Source of the DNA: the human T2T-CHM13v2.0 reference genome, Homo sapiens
Reading direction: 5' to 3' (one strand)
NCBI RefSeq assembly: GCF_009914755.1
Contig: NC_060935.1
Length of the DNA: 64,000 bases
Part shown: positions 42,035-56,729 of the stretch, one piece after another
Position numbering within the stretch: the stretch's first letter is position 1
Layout: each line of letters opens with the position of its first letter
The notes under the pieces: generated by a model
The model's input: the letters and a program-made list of their open reading frames with translations, nothing else
Database searches by the model: none
Told to the model about the DNA's origin: nothing
Translations under genes and position numbers: made by a program

Positions 42035-43005
42035 GCCCTGAACTCCAGACTCCTTTATTCAACAGCTTACTTGACATTTCCACTTAGATGTCTAAAGGGC
42101 GCTCTAGAACAAAAGGCCAAAACCAAACTCCTTAACGCTGTTCCAAATTTATTCTTCCCAGTCTTCCTCATTTCAGGAAATAATAAAGCTATCTTTCCAG
42201 TTGCTCAGACCAAAAACTTAGGGGCTTCCTTCATACCTTTCTCCTGTTCTCAGGGAAAATTCAGTCCACTAGCTAACCTTGTTGATTCTGTTTTCAAAAT
42301 ATACCTCAGATTTTACTATTTATCATTGCTTCTACTGCTGTCCCATCCAAACCATAATTATTTTTGTCTGGATTATTTTAATAGCCTCTAGACTGGTTTC
42401 TCTGCTTCTGCCATTGTCCCCCAGTCTGTTCTCATACAGCAACAGTGAAATCCTTATAAAAAGTCAAATGTTGTTATTTGTTGGCTCAAAATCCCTGCAG
42501 TGGCTCTCCATAGAACTCACGGGAAAATACGAATTTGTAATGATGTAGAAGGTCCTACATGACCTTGTTACTTTTCTGACCTTATCTCTGTGAAGTCATT
42601 CCTTAGCACATTCTATTCTAGCCTCACTTGCCTCCTTGTAGTTCCTTGAACATACTAAGCATGCCCCTACCTCAGGTCTTTTGCATTTTCTATCCTCTCT
42701 GGTTGGAGTACTTCATCCCACCAATATTCTTCATTGCTTACTCCACCTCCTTGAAGTCTTATGAATACTAACTTCTCAGTAAGTCCCTCTCATACTACTC
42801 TGTTTTAAATGGTGCACTCCCCCCGCCCCCCACAATCTAGTGCTACCTTTATTTCTTCCTTCTATATTTTTCTCCGTCCCATTTTGCTCACTGACATCCC
42901 CACACTGGACTGTAAGGTCTATGAAGGCAGCAGTTACCTTTCTTATTTTCTGCTGTATCCTCAATGTTCAAAACTATGCCTGCAACATAGTAAATACTCA
43001 CTACT
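42035..43005 (+). mobile_element. L2 3' portion
   Basis: ccctgaactccagact...ccagttgctcagaccaaaaactt...gactgtaaggtctatgaaggcag...catagtaaatactca. Confidence 0.8.
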
Positions 43006-43575
43006 TATTTTTTCGTTCAAGGGATGAAGTTCAACTTTTTTTCCAAAATGCTAACCAGTTTATCTCAATGCAGGATATTTTTACAGCTGTCATTTTGTCA
43101 TAGGGATAATTATAACACTTTGTTTCCTTATGCAAAATATAAAGATACATTTGAAGTCTAAGTATGGGATTTAATTTTGTATCTGGGTGTGAACTACTAA
43201 GTAATAGTTTGAATGTAATCTGAGCTGCTTAGGTTAGACTTCCTTAATCTAGAATATTTTTTATCCTCTGGCTTGGTTACAGTGAGACATTTCTGATGAT
43301 CTAACAGCCCCAGTCAAAAGCAGGTAATTGGATAAATCATAAGCATTGTTTTACATAGGGATATATTGTACAGTTTGAAAATAAAACATTCTTAGATCTT
43401 TTTAACTATTTTTAATAATAAAATAAATTTAAAACATATGGTTTGCACACAAGCAAATATAAAAACACTATAGATGTATTTCAGTTAAAATGACCTAAAC
43501 TGAATACTTTGGGCTGCTTATGAAAACAAAGTCTCAGCAAACAATTGGAAAATAGCATACAAAGTACACTGTTTA

Positions 43576-43866
<291 letters not shown>

Positions 43867-43963
43867 AAGAAAACATCAGATTTCTAAGAATAAACCTAAA
43901 AGAAGATATACAATATTTATATACTGATTACAAGATATCACTAAGAGAAAGAAGACATAAGTA

Positions 43964-44197
43964 CAGGTTGAGCATCCTAAATTCAAAAATCTGAAATCCC
44001 AAACATTCCAAAATTCAAAACTTTTTGAGCACCAACCTGACACTCAAGGGAAATGCTCATTGGAGCATTTTGGATTTTGGATTTTCAGATGGGGATGTAC
44101 AGCCAGTAAATATAATAAAATATTCAAAGATGTTAAAAAATCTGAAATCCAAAACATTTCTGGTTCTAGGCATTTTGGATAAGGGATACTCAACTTG
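43964..44197. mobile_element. Tigger4a/MER46 MITE
   Basis: TA-CAGGTTGAGCATCC...GGGATACTCAACTTG-TA. Confidence 0.85.
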
Positions 44198-44376
44198 TAA
44201 AGGGAGATATACATCATGTTCACACATTGAGAGAGTCAATATTGTTCAGATGTAAGATCTCTGTAAATCAATTTATAGATTCAATTCAATCTCAGTCAAA
44301 CACCTAGTAATTGCATATATGTGTTTGTGTATTGATAAGTTGATTCTAATATCTACATAGAACTGGACCTAGAATA

Positions 44377-44377
<1 letters not shown>

Positions 44378-44426
<49 letters not shown>
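44378..44426. repeat. (CA)n microsatellite
   Basis: Directly visible, about 24 units. Confidence 0.95.
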
Positions 44427-44428
<2 letters not shown>

Positions 44429-45987
44429 TGGGGGCAGGGTGATGGGGAGGAACAGAGTTGGAAGGCTTTTATTACCAGATTTTGAGATTTACTATAATTA
44501 AAAGAGTATGGTATTGGTACAAAGATACTCAAACATAGCAATGGAACATAATAGGGAATTTAGAAGTAGACCACCATGAATATGGCCACTGGTTTATGAC
44601 AAAGGGGTACCTGTAGTTCAGTGAGGAAAAAACATTTTGGTTTTTCAGTAAGTTAGTGCTAGAATAATTGGATGATATCCTTATGGAGAAAGATAAGAAC
44701 TTTGACTTCTGCCTCACACCATACACAGGATTAATTTGAAGTGGATCATGTACCAAAATATGAAAGATAAAACAATAAGCCTTCTTTATGAAGACATAGG
44801 AGAAAGTCTTTATGACCTTGCAGTAGGCAAAGATGTCAAAAAGCACTAATTATAAAAGAAAAAAATGATAAGCTGAACTTCATTGAAATTAAGAAATTCT
44901 GTTTATCAAAAGATACTATTCAGAGAGTAAAAAAACAAACCATAGACAGAGAAGATTTTTGCAATAAATATTTTCAACAAAAGACTAATATATAATATAG
45001 ACAGAGAGCTCCTTCAAGGCCTTAAGGGCAACCTAATTCCTTTAGATAGAGAAAAGAACAGGCACTTCAGAAATGAGGATATCCAAATGGCCAATAGGCA
45101 CCTGAAAAAAAAAAAACCCTCAACATTATTACTCATCATGGAAATGCAAAGGAAAACCACAGTTAGACACCACTGCAGCTCACTAAAATAGCTAAAATTA
45201 AAAAGACTGACAATACAGAGTCTCTGAATTCTCACACTTGCTGGTAGGAGTGTAAATTTGTGCATCCATTTGGAAGACTATTTGGTTGTTATCTACTAAA
45301 ACTAAATATAAATCTACCTTACAACCTGTGCTAAGTATATACTCAAAGAAAATGAGGACAATGTGCCTATCAAGACATTTACAAGAATATTCATAGTAAC
45401 TTTATTCATAATAGACGAAAGTGGAAATAGCCCAACTGCTAATCGGATGAACAAGCTGTGGTGTATTCTTATGTTAGAACATTACACATCAGCTTAAAAA
45501 ACAATGAGCTACTGATGTATACAGAAGCATGAATGAATTTTAGATTGAGTGAAAGAAGCTACAAAAGGACACATATTACATGTACTCATAGGAGAACATG
45601 CAGTTTGATTTCATTTACCTGAAGTTCAAGAACTATGATGACAGAAGTCACATCACAACAATGGTTACTTCTGGGGTTGGATTGCCCAAGGGAACCTCCT
45701 GGAGTACTGAAAACATTTTAGTATCTTGAGCAGTGTGGCGGTTACAGGGGTATATACATATATAATTTATATTACATACTTTATATATTTTTTATCTTAG
45801 CAAAAAAAGTGAACACATTTACATGTATTATACAGTTTAGAATTGGCTGGTATGAATAAAATGGATAGTTAGCAATAACGTTTATGGGGTAACCTAAAAA
45901 GAGCCAAAAGCCATATACTGTAAACGTTTTGTAACTCCCAGAAAATATTAGTTCATTAACATTTTGCCGATTTTTTTTTCTTTTCAG

Positions 45988-46174
45988 CCTCTGACCTTTT
46001 TGAGCCTGGGAAATGCTTACCTTGCTCTGAAGAATATCAGTGGGGCACTTGAGGCCTTTAGACAGGCCTTGAAATTAACCACCAAATGTCCAGAGTGTGA
46101 AAACAGCCTGAAGTTGATCCGCTGTATGCAGTTTTATCCTTTTCTGTACAACATCACTTCTTCTGTTTGCAGTG
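45988..46174 (+). CDS. TTC17: TTC17 exon 16 (187 nt, phase 0-1): PLTFLSLGNAYLALKNISGALEAFRQAL...TSSVCS(G)
   Basis: ttcttttcag|CCTCTG acceptor, GTG|gtaagc donor; TPR consensus LGxAY...ALxxFxxAL. Confidence 0.95.
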
Positions 46175-47534
46175 GTAAGCAGCTTTCAAATGCTGACAAA
46201 CTAATGAGCTCAGCCAGAGTTCCTCTTCTGATCAAAAGAACACAGAAAATGATTTTCTCTATTTTACCCAAGGATTTTAGATAACCAGTATAATTCCAGA
46301 TGCATAGGAAAAGATGTTAATTCCTTACTTACTATAGATGCCTTAGGGTATTAAGGCTTAATTCTCTCTTAGAACTCTGGTTAAGAAAGGCTAACTAAAA
46401 TATGTGGTATATTCAACTGGGATGGATAGGCTTTGAGATTTTTTTCCTCCCTCCAAAATCTCTGGTGTTTTATAATAACTGACATTCCTAGTAAAGTACA
46501 TTTTTTCTGTCCATGAAGTCAAAGTATACAGTTTTAATTGAAGCAGTTCTTCTATATACTCAGTCACTGAAATACAGCTCCTTGTCTTTCATTGAAGGTG
46601 ATTCAGACCTTTACTCTACCTTTAATATAGTGACCCAACATTAAGTGGCATATTTTTCTCTTCTTCCACTCCCTCCCACAGCATATATATGGGCATATAT
46701 GCCTGTGTATAGGTGTATCCACCTGGGTAAAGCTAATATCTAAAGCTGTTGCACTTTCGTTATTAGAACCTTCTTTCTAAGAATCACATGATATTTGGTT
46801 CTCTGTTTAACCTTCACTATAAGAAAAAATAAAATCATGAATTTTAACTCTCTGCCTTGAATTGGGATGGGTGCAGTTTACATACGTGTGGATCCTCAGT
46901 ATCTAGCCATTGTAGAGTGCACAGTGGGTGCTTTATTAATATTCAAATTAGGTTATAATATTTAATCAGATGGATATTAGTTCAGCTCCTTCACTTTTGA
47001 TATTTAAAAACAAAATCCTGACATCCACTTATTTATGTGACTTGTGTAAAAGACATGAATAATTATTAGTAGATTTGGGACCAGAAAGTGGTTTTGTTGA
47101 TTCGCTATACCAGACTGCCTTACAATTTTAATAGAGTGATAGACGGTAAGTAGTGCTTGCCTTTTAAATATCAAAGCCCAATTATTTACTGAAGAAACCA
47201 AGAATCTCCCAGCAATATACCTCTGTAGCTCAGTTGTGGGTCAGTGTTGATCACAATCTGAATTAAAGTTCTTTTATGAATGTCAAAGGCCCAAAACAGT
47301 ATAGCAAGGCAATAGAATGGAGTGGCTAGCACTAGAATCTTACAGATTCATGTTTGAGCTGCAGCTCTGCCATTACTTTCTTTTTTATTTTTAAATTTTT
47401 TATATTTATGGATACATAATAGTTGCATTGTTCTTACCATATAGTAGATACTGGCTAAAAGTAAGCCATTAGAAATTCATAGTGAATACAAGGTGCTCAG
47501 AACTTTAAAGGTGCAAATTGTGAATTTTTATCTT

Positions 47535-48314
47535 CTTAATCCTGGAAGATATGCTGTGGTCTTTTTTTGTTTGTTTGTTTTTAATTCTACTGCATCTTCT
47601 CGCAACACTGTGGTCTTTTAAATGTTGTAGGTTACCTAAGAACAGCCTTATAAAAAGGATTTTACTTTTTCAATGAGCTTTTTATATTAATAGAATCTCT
47701 TTTCTTAATTTACTATCATCTCCCTCAACTCTGTTGAAATTTATTTCTGTTTTTGAGAAGAAGCATTTTGTCACTGTATACATGTAGTGACCCTTTTCTA
47801 AAAAGTCTTCTCCTTAGCATTAATTTTACATGTTTTTATTTAGTATTTCAGTTTCTTGAAATACATTCTTAGTACATGTAACTCATGTCAAAAGAGGGAA
47901 TACAGTTGTCTTGAACTTTTTCCCCAGAATGTAACCTCAACTGGTCCAGGAAACTAATAACTTGGAACAGATCTTTCTCAGAGTTGTAGTATCTGATAGT
48001 CCAGAGAATTCAGAGAATATTATTGGGTCCAATATAATAACAATAAGAGAAAATAACTTGACATGGAAACACAATTTTTTTTAATAATAGTTCTTTCAGA
48101 GGGAGCTCATCAATAAAAAATATTTAGTACCTTTTACATTGTAATTAATTAATTTACTAAATTTAGTTAGAATGTCTGCTCAAACTCACTAAGGCCACCA
48201 GAAGAAGTTACTTAATCCTGGAATATATTCTGTGGTCTTCTTGTTTTAAAAATTCTACTGCATCTTCTCAGAATGCTGTGATCTTTCAAATGTCATAGTT
48301 TACGTAAAAACAGC
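47535..48314. repeat. Diverged direct repeat pair (47535-47646 and 48211-48314)
   Basis: Both copies read cttaatcctggaa.atat.ctgtggtctt...aattctactgcatcttctc...ctgtg.tcttt.aaatgt..tag.ttac.taa.aacagc. Confidence 0.9.
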
Positions 48315-48911
48315 TAATAGTCTATTACTGCTGGTAGACTTAAAATCATTCTGATATGAATTAGAAAATAATCCAACATTTGCTAATACCTAAATAAATA
48401 CTGTTACCTCCTAATGGATATGTATGCTATAGCATTTTCTAGGTTTAAAAATTCATTAGTAGTAGTGAAACAATTTCAATATTGTGTTTTTCTTTGACAA
48501 TGATTTTGAGTTACTTATTTCCAGAGTAATCCCATTCATTCATAGTTACTTTGCTGACTTGTAGCTTTGAAAAGCTAAAACTTGAAAGAAGCCAAACACC
48601 TTTATAGAAACCAGGAACTTCTTATGCTTGAAATCTAAACAGTTGCATCTATTCCAGTTATCTCTGAGCTTTGCTAAATAATTGATTAAAAAAAAAGGAA
48701 AAACCTCTGAAGGATGATTAGGATTTCTTTACCTTTAGTGAAATCAGATGATTCTGTTTGCCGTTTCCTTTTTCATGTTTGCAATATTGAAGTAAGTTTT
48801 ATAAGTTATCTTGTCTGACATCTGTTTCAAGTATTTATTATGACAATATAGAGGTTTCAAGAGAGTGACAAGGCTTACGATTCTTTTTCCATGTAATAGT
48901 CATGGAATTCA

Positions 48912-49304
<393 letters not shown>

Positions 49305-51088
49305 TTAAATAGTATGACCTGGTGGTAAAAGGATGGGCAGTTTAACATTAGCAAGTATTTTGTTATTTTTCATATATAATCATGGAATTTTTAATGCAGA
49401 TTTTTAATTTGTGTTTCTTGGAATGCCTATGCAGGTAATGTATTGTATCACTTGTAAATACTGTTTTGTTCAACTTAAAAATACACAATCACTATGCTAA
49501 AAAAATTTTTTTGTACTTATAAAGACTTTATAGCTAAAACTGTATTGATTAATGAAGTATTATTTATCTGACAATGTTTTCAAACTTTTATTAACCTACA
49601 AATCAATGTATTGGCTGCCATTTGTTAGATTCATGTGTTCTTATAGCAGCTGTTTATCATCATCATCTCTCCCTCTTTTGAATAAAATTTCATAAATCCT
49701 GGTCTTTTATAGGTAGTTTTATATCACTACCATTTCAAGGATGCTGTGAAGAACTTAATACATTGATTTTTTTTACTTGCCCACTCTTGAATTGACTGTA
49801 AAAGTTAGTGCTTTCAGTTTCGATTAAACATCTTGTTTGGGCAGTTTTAAAATACCTACTGTTTTCCACATTTATAGGCTTGTCATTTTACAGTTTTATT
49901 TAACTTAAGCAGAACTGAATTGGTTACTGTAGCAAACTTATTCTTCAATAACAGCTTCGTCCTTTTAAAAGTAAAATAGAATCTGTTAAATAAACTTATA
50001 ATGCTTTTGAATATAAGCAATGTCTATGAAGTGCTCAACACTTAAAAAAAACAGCCTTTTTTTATTGGAAAAAATAAAAGTGTCACAGAATGAAACTTTA
50101 TGGAACAGTAAAGGTTATCTTCTCTAAAAAATGGAAAATAACTTTTAATAACAATATGAGCAAAATGATTAAATATTGAATCTGTAGAAAAGTCCAGAAA
50201 TACATTGATGTGGCATTACAACATGATAGTGGACTTTCCAAGCATTTATTACCGTAAAATATTTTTGAAATACTAATCTGCAAATTAAAAAGTTACATCT
50301 AGCAAAGATATTTTCTACTACTAAAGTAATCTAGGCTGTCTTATATCTTTGATACATTCGATTTTACTTTATTTTTAATGGTCTATATTTATTATTTTTC
50401 TTATATTAGCATAAAACCAATAGGTTCTATGTATTAGAATTTTATGCCACAAACAGCAACTTCGCTGTTTACAGCATATAATTAAGCATTAAACCCAAGA
50501 TTTCTGAGCTCTGGTCATTTCTTAATTAATTGAGGCACACGCCTACTTAAAAAAATTGGCCCAGATCCTTAGAAAGAATGAATAAATATTATGCAGAAGA
50601 ACTCAGACTTTAATGTTTAGGTGTTCCTGTAATTGTCTGCAAGTTTCTCTGTCTAATACATATTTGATATCTTTTGTCTCTGGAACAAAAAGTAGAATTT
50701 TCAAATCATATACGTGAGATTTAATATCTATTCCAATGTGCAGATGGATTATCTTGTCTTCACAGTGTTTCTGTATTTATAGCATCTATTTATGTAAATC
50801 ATATCTCCTTTTATAACTTGTTTCATTGCCTGTAGTTTTAGTCTGTGTTCTTCAACCTAAATTTTTGTAGATTTGTAACTTGCAGCTTAAAGCAATTTTA
50901 CAGAGTTCAGATGTTGAAGAAAAAGAAATCCTGCACTTTGCTGCCCTCCAGTGGATTATCCAGCATATATACTGCCTGCAATGAAGGATCTTTGCTTTAT
51001 CACATCCTTTTACATTCTTTTATAAGAATTAGTGAAGGTATCTGCTTTTTAAAAAAAGATATTCTTATAGACCCAATTTTAATAGTAC

Positions 51089-51253
51089 TTTTTTTAGAGG
51101 CAGGGTCTCACTGTGTTGCCCAGGCTGGAGTGCAGTGGCTATTCACAGACTCTATCATAGCACACCATAGCTTCTAACTCCTGGCTCAGGCAATCCTCCC
51201 ATCTCAGCCTCCCAAACAGTTGAGACTACAGGTGTGTACCACTGCACCTGACT
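51089..51253 (-). mobile_element. FAM/FLAM-type Alu monomer
   Basis: gtgcagtggctattcacag, a 7SL-like segment typical of the oldest monomers. Confidence 0.75.
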
Positions 51254-52375
51254 CTTAAACAGCATTTTAAATATGCTACTAGTTAGGTCACCTCCATTTA
51301 TTTCTGTAAAAAGAATTAAAACTGGTTGATGTATTGCAGATTTTAAAATCCTGAGATGCAGGTATATCCTGCAACAAAACCAGATGTACTTCTGTGTATG
51401 TAATGTGTCTAAATCTGTATATTTCTTTACTTAAAAGGGCTGTAGTTATTTGGTTAACAAACAGTTTTTTAACATGTATCTTTAACATGTATTTAACATG
51501 TGATAGAGGAGAGAATAGGAAAAAGAATTTTTGTATTTATGAACCTACAAGCAAAGATTGTGATTTACTCAAATTACAGTCAGTCTTTGGCGGAGCTGAA
51601 ACTAAAAAGTGAGTCCTCTGTCTTCCAGGGCCAGTGTGGTTCCTGTGCATAATTCTTCTACCTTCAGCCAATCATAAATTATTCCACTGCCATGATTGAA
51701 AGATTGGAAGAATTCATATTTGTAGATACCTGGGACATTTTATAAAAATGGTATAATCACTACACTTTTTATGTCATCCCTCAAAAGAGATGCATTTCTA
51801 CGTAAAACATGGATGTAAACTGGATTATAGGGTGCAGTCATAATGAACCCCAAGAGCATACCTAAAATGGTCTCTCAGTTTAACATGTCACCCTGATCTT
51901 TTCTGAATCTTGCATCATTAGATTGCCACATAGCCTTCTATTTTACGTGGAAGATGTTATGCCTGTACTTTTGTAGTATTAGCTTAGTAGACAGTATTTT
52001 TCTTTTGGGATTTCCAGCATTTAGCTTTTTTGAACAAAAGGGATACTTTTGGTTTTTATAAGAACTTAGAGACAGTATTATCAGATTCTGATGACCAATG
52101 GTTTTATACTTCAGCCTCTGAAAGACATTATATATAAATATTTGTTGGTTTTTAATGTGAATTTTTTGTCCTGCATGCCAAAAAAAATGTTTTATTTTAA
52201 AGAATGAGCCTATTAGCCCTTGCCTGAGATCTTTTCACAGCTATTCATCCAGTCATTATAGGTTGTTAGCCTTGCCAAATAATACTTAAGAAATATGAAA
52301 TTTGATAGAGGATATAATCTTCTAAAGCAACAATTTGTTTTCTTTCAACCAAAGAAAACTGGGTGTGGTTTATTC

Positions 52376-54960
52376 TTCATTCATTCATTCATTCAATGAA
52401 CACTTATCTACTATATGCCAGTCACTATTCTAGGAATTGGAAACCAAACAGAAAATACCTCCAGCTCTTACAGAGCTACATTCTAGTAGAGGGAAACAGA
52501 GAGTAGATAATAAACATAATAAATCATTTAATTAGAAAGTGAGTGCTCAAGGGGTTGGGGTCATTAAGGGAGGCCCCACTGAGAAAGTGACATTTGAACA
52601 TAAGACTTGAGGAAGGATAGAGGTTCTAAGCCATGCAGATATACAGCATAAAAGCATTTCAGGCAGAGAGAATAGCATTGCAAATGTTCATGTTAGGAAT
52701 AGCAAGGAGGGCTTTCCATCTGTGGTGGAGATGTAGGAGATGAAAGCAGAGATAAATATGGTGGAGGATAGAGCCACTTTTTTGATGCCTTGCAGACCAT
52801 TCTAATAATGTGGGCTTTTCGTCTAAGAGAAAGATGTAAGACTAGGAACTGGGCAACACAGCAGGAGGTGAGTGGTGGGCCAGCAAGCAAAGCTTCACCT
52901 GCGTTTACAGTCAGTCCCCATCACTCGCATTACTGCCTGAGCTCCACCTTCTGTCAGATCAGTGGTGGCATTAGATTCTCATAGGAGCATGAACCTATTG
53001 TAAACTATGCATGCACGGGATCTAGGTTACACGATCCTTATGAGAATCTAAAGCCTGATGATCTGTCACTGTCTCCCATCACACCCAGATGGGACCATTT
53101 AGTTGCAGGAAAATAAGCTCAGGGCTCCCACTGATTCTACATTGTGGTGAGTTGTATAATAATTTCATCATATGTTATAATGTAATAACGAAGTGCACAA
53201 AACATGTAATGTGCTCGAATTATGCCAAAACCCCATCCCCACCCACCCCCCAGTCTTTGGAAAAGTTGTCTTCTACGAAAGCAGCCCCTGGTGACAAAAA
53301 GGTTGGGGACTGCTGACTTGGAAGATTTTGAACACAAGAGTGAAATGAACTGATTTACATCTTAACATAATTCCTCTGGTTGCTCTGTTGAGAATAGACT
53401 AGTGGGGTAAGAGCGGAAGCATGAAGACCTGTTAGGATGCTATTGCAAAAATATCAGTGAGAGATGATATTGGCCTGTACCACTGGGGTGGACAGGGAGA
53501 AAGTGAGAAATGATCCTATTTGGAATATATTTTGAAGGTAGAACCAAAAAGACACTCCTAGAAAGGGATATGGGAAATGAAAGAAAGAGAGGTCAAGGGT
53601 GACTCTTAAATTTGGAACCTGAGCAATCAGGTAAATAGTGGTGCTATTTAATGAGATACTCAGGTCTGAGAAAGGAGCAGATTTGGGCAGAAAAACAAGT
53701 TTGGTTTTGGACATGTTAAATTTGAGTTGCCTATTAAGTGTTCAAGTAGAGATGTTGAATAGGTAGTTGGATACATGAGTGTTATAATGATGGGGAAGAG
53801 ACCAGGCTAGAGATAATAATTTATGGGTCATGGACGTATGTATTTTCTAAGTCATTAGCTTGGATGAAATTACCTCAATAATTACTATAAAAAGGAAAAT
53901 GGGTCAAAAATCAGTTACTAGGGTATTCTAGCCAACATTTAAAGGTCAGGAAGAAAAAGAGCAATAAAGGAGTAGCCAGTAAGCTAGTAGAAAAACCATT
54001 GAAGTATTTTATCCCACAAGCCAAGTGAAGAAAATGTTTTAAGGGGTTATCAAGCATATCATTATTATTGTACCAGCATGCTATATCCTGAGAGATTGAG
54101 CTGGATGTGGGCAGAGAATGAACCACTGGATTTAGTAACATGGAGATTGTTGGTAATCTTGTAAAAGCTTGTGTGAAATCGGTTTTGAAAGGAGGTGAGG
54201 AAGTGAGGATGGCAAGCAACTCTTAAGTTTTGCTATAGTGAAGAGCAGGAAAATGGGATATAGCTGGAGGGGCCTGTGGGGTTGAAGGTATTTGTTTTTG
54301 TTATTCTAAAAATAGAAAGCCCTGCAGCATGTTTCAGTAGGAATGATCCAGCAAAGTGGGAAAAATTGAAGATGCAGCTTAGGGCTAACTGTAGAAGCAG
54401 AATTCTTGAGTAGACAGGAGGGGATGAAATCTAAGGCACAAATGTAAGAGTAGTCCTTAGGAACAAGGATGATATATAAGTAAAGTTGTAGGTATGTTGA
54501 AAGATGTGATGGTGGGACTTCTGGTTGCTTCTCAGCAACATATTAGGTGACTTGTCAGATGAGAGTGAAGAGGTACAGAGAATGTTGGAGATTTGATGAG
54601 AGAGGAAAGGCTGAAAACAGTTGTCTCAGAATGCGAATTAACTAGAGAGGTTTCTAACTTTGGTAACTGGATAGACGTCAATGTTGTTAAGAATGGGAAT
54701 ACAGAGGAGAAATCATCTATGCATTGATGTGCTGGGAATAGCAAGTTCAGTGATAGACATGTTCATTTGGAGATGCCTCTGATTCCCTCAGAATGTGCAG
54801 GATGTGAAGAAAACGCCAAGAATGGAATCTTAGAAAATACTAACATTTAAGGAACAGAGTCAGGAAAGAGTGCGTAAATAGAGGCACTGGAAGAGCAGGG
54901 TCATGAAGTTTAGAAGAACAGAGAGTTTGAGAGGGACAAAGAGGACAATAGTAGTGTGTC
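52376..54960 (-). mobile_element. L2 element(s) interrupted by MER1
   Basis: (TTCA)n 3' end at 52376 followed by typical antisense L2 sequence; distal boundary approximate. Confidence 0.7.
52842..53315. mobile_element. MER1A-like hAT-Charlie element (one end truncated)
   Basis: taggaactgggcaacacagcaggaggtgag...gcattagattctcatagg...aaaaaggttggggactgctg. Confidence 0.85.
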
Positions 54961-55407
54961 CTGAATTGATTCATTTGCAAGCTTTTAGTTGGTATTTTAA
55001 TTTTAATATTTATGGTTTATTTTGATGAGCATTAGAAAATATATTTAGCTGGTACATAAAACCTCTGATTTATGAAAAATGATAATGATTTTCCCTTTTA
55101 ACCTAAATTAGTGTAAGATTAGACTTTAGATTCATTAAAGAAAAACATTATGTTAAGTAATGATACTGCTAGCTATGGAAAAATCATGATAGTAATTGGT
55201 AAATGAATAAACTGTGGGAAGCTCTGGGTTTAACAGTTTAGAAATCATTGGTGACTTCATTTTATCAAAAGCATTTTCTATAAAATGAGGAAATAGCTAC
55301 ACTAAAACAACATTAATAAATTTTAGAATAATGAAAGTATTAAAGTGAGCTCTCTATATATAATTGAATTACTTTTAGAGCTATTAGATATAGTTTCTAA
55401 AATATAG

Positions 55408-55804
<397 letters not shown>

Positions 55805-55868
55805 TAAAAAACATGTAATAATAATAGAACACAAATGAGGAAGCTTTCTTTAAAAACTTCATTTGTTA

Positions 55869-56168
<300 letters not shown>

Positions 56169-56569
56169 GAAACATGAAAAGTTAATTGTGTATTTTTAAT
56201 AAAATAGTAGAAAACCTTGATGGGCAATTGAAGAAATAGGGCATTTCTCAGAAGGATAGTCTAAGCCCTGTAAGCAAGAGGGGGTCTGTTTTATATAGTT
56301 CCCCCTAGTCATTTAACAAGGTATTTTTAATATGGTTTGTTGCTGCAATTGTATTTCATTCTCCTTACAGGAACTGAAGGGGGCTGACTTCTTGTTATAT
56401 ACACTTGTGTGTAGTGAGTTAGGCAAGTTCATTGCATGTTGTCTAAATCTTGAGTTTTCATTCATCATTCTAGATGTTTTGGAGACATTTCAGTTTATGT
56501 AATGTTAAGCTTTGCCATCTTAGATAGCAAGCATTTATACAACTCTTCTCCATTCAGAAAGATGATTCT

Positions 56570-56729
56570 AGCTGGGCTTGGTGGTGTGCATGGTAGTCCC
56601 AGCTACTTAGAAAGCTGAGGTGGGAGGATCACTGGAGACCAGGACTACGAAGCTAGGGTGCACCCTGATCACACCACTGCCCGTAAACCTGGGAAACATG
56701 ATGGGACACCTGTCTCTTGAAAAAAAAAA
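56570..56729 (+). mobile_element. Degenerate Alu monomer
   Basis: Single arm with A-tail. Confidence 0.7.

Noticed and set aside
46175-46284. Read-through of exon 16 for about 36 codons as an alternative C-terminus
   Set aside because: The donor GTG|gtaagc is adequate, the ORF length is within chance, and there is no close, well-formed poly(A) signal.
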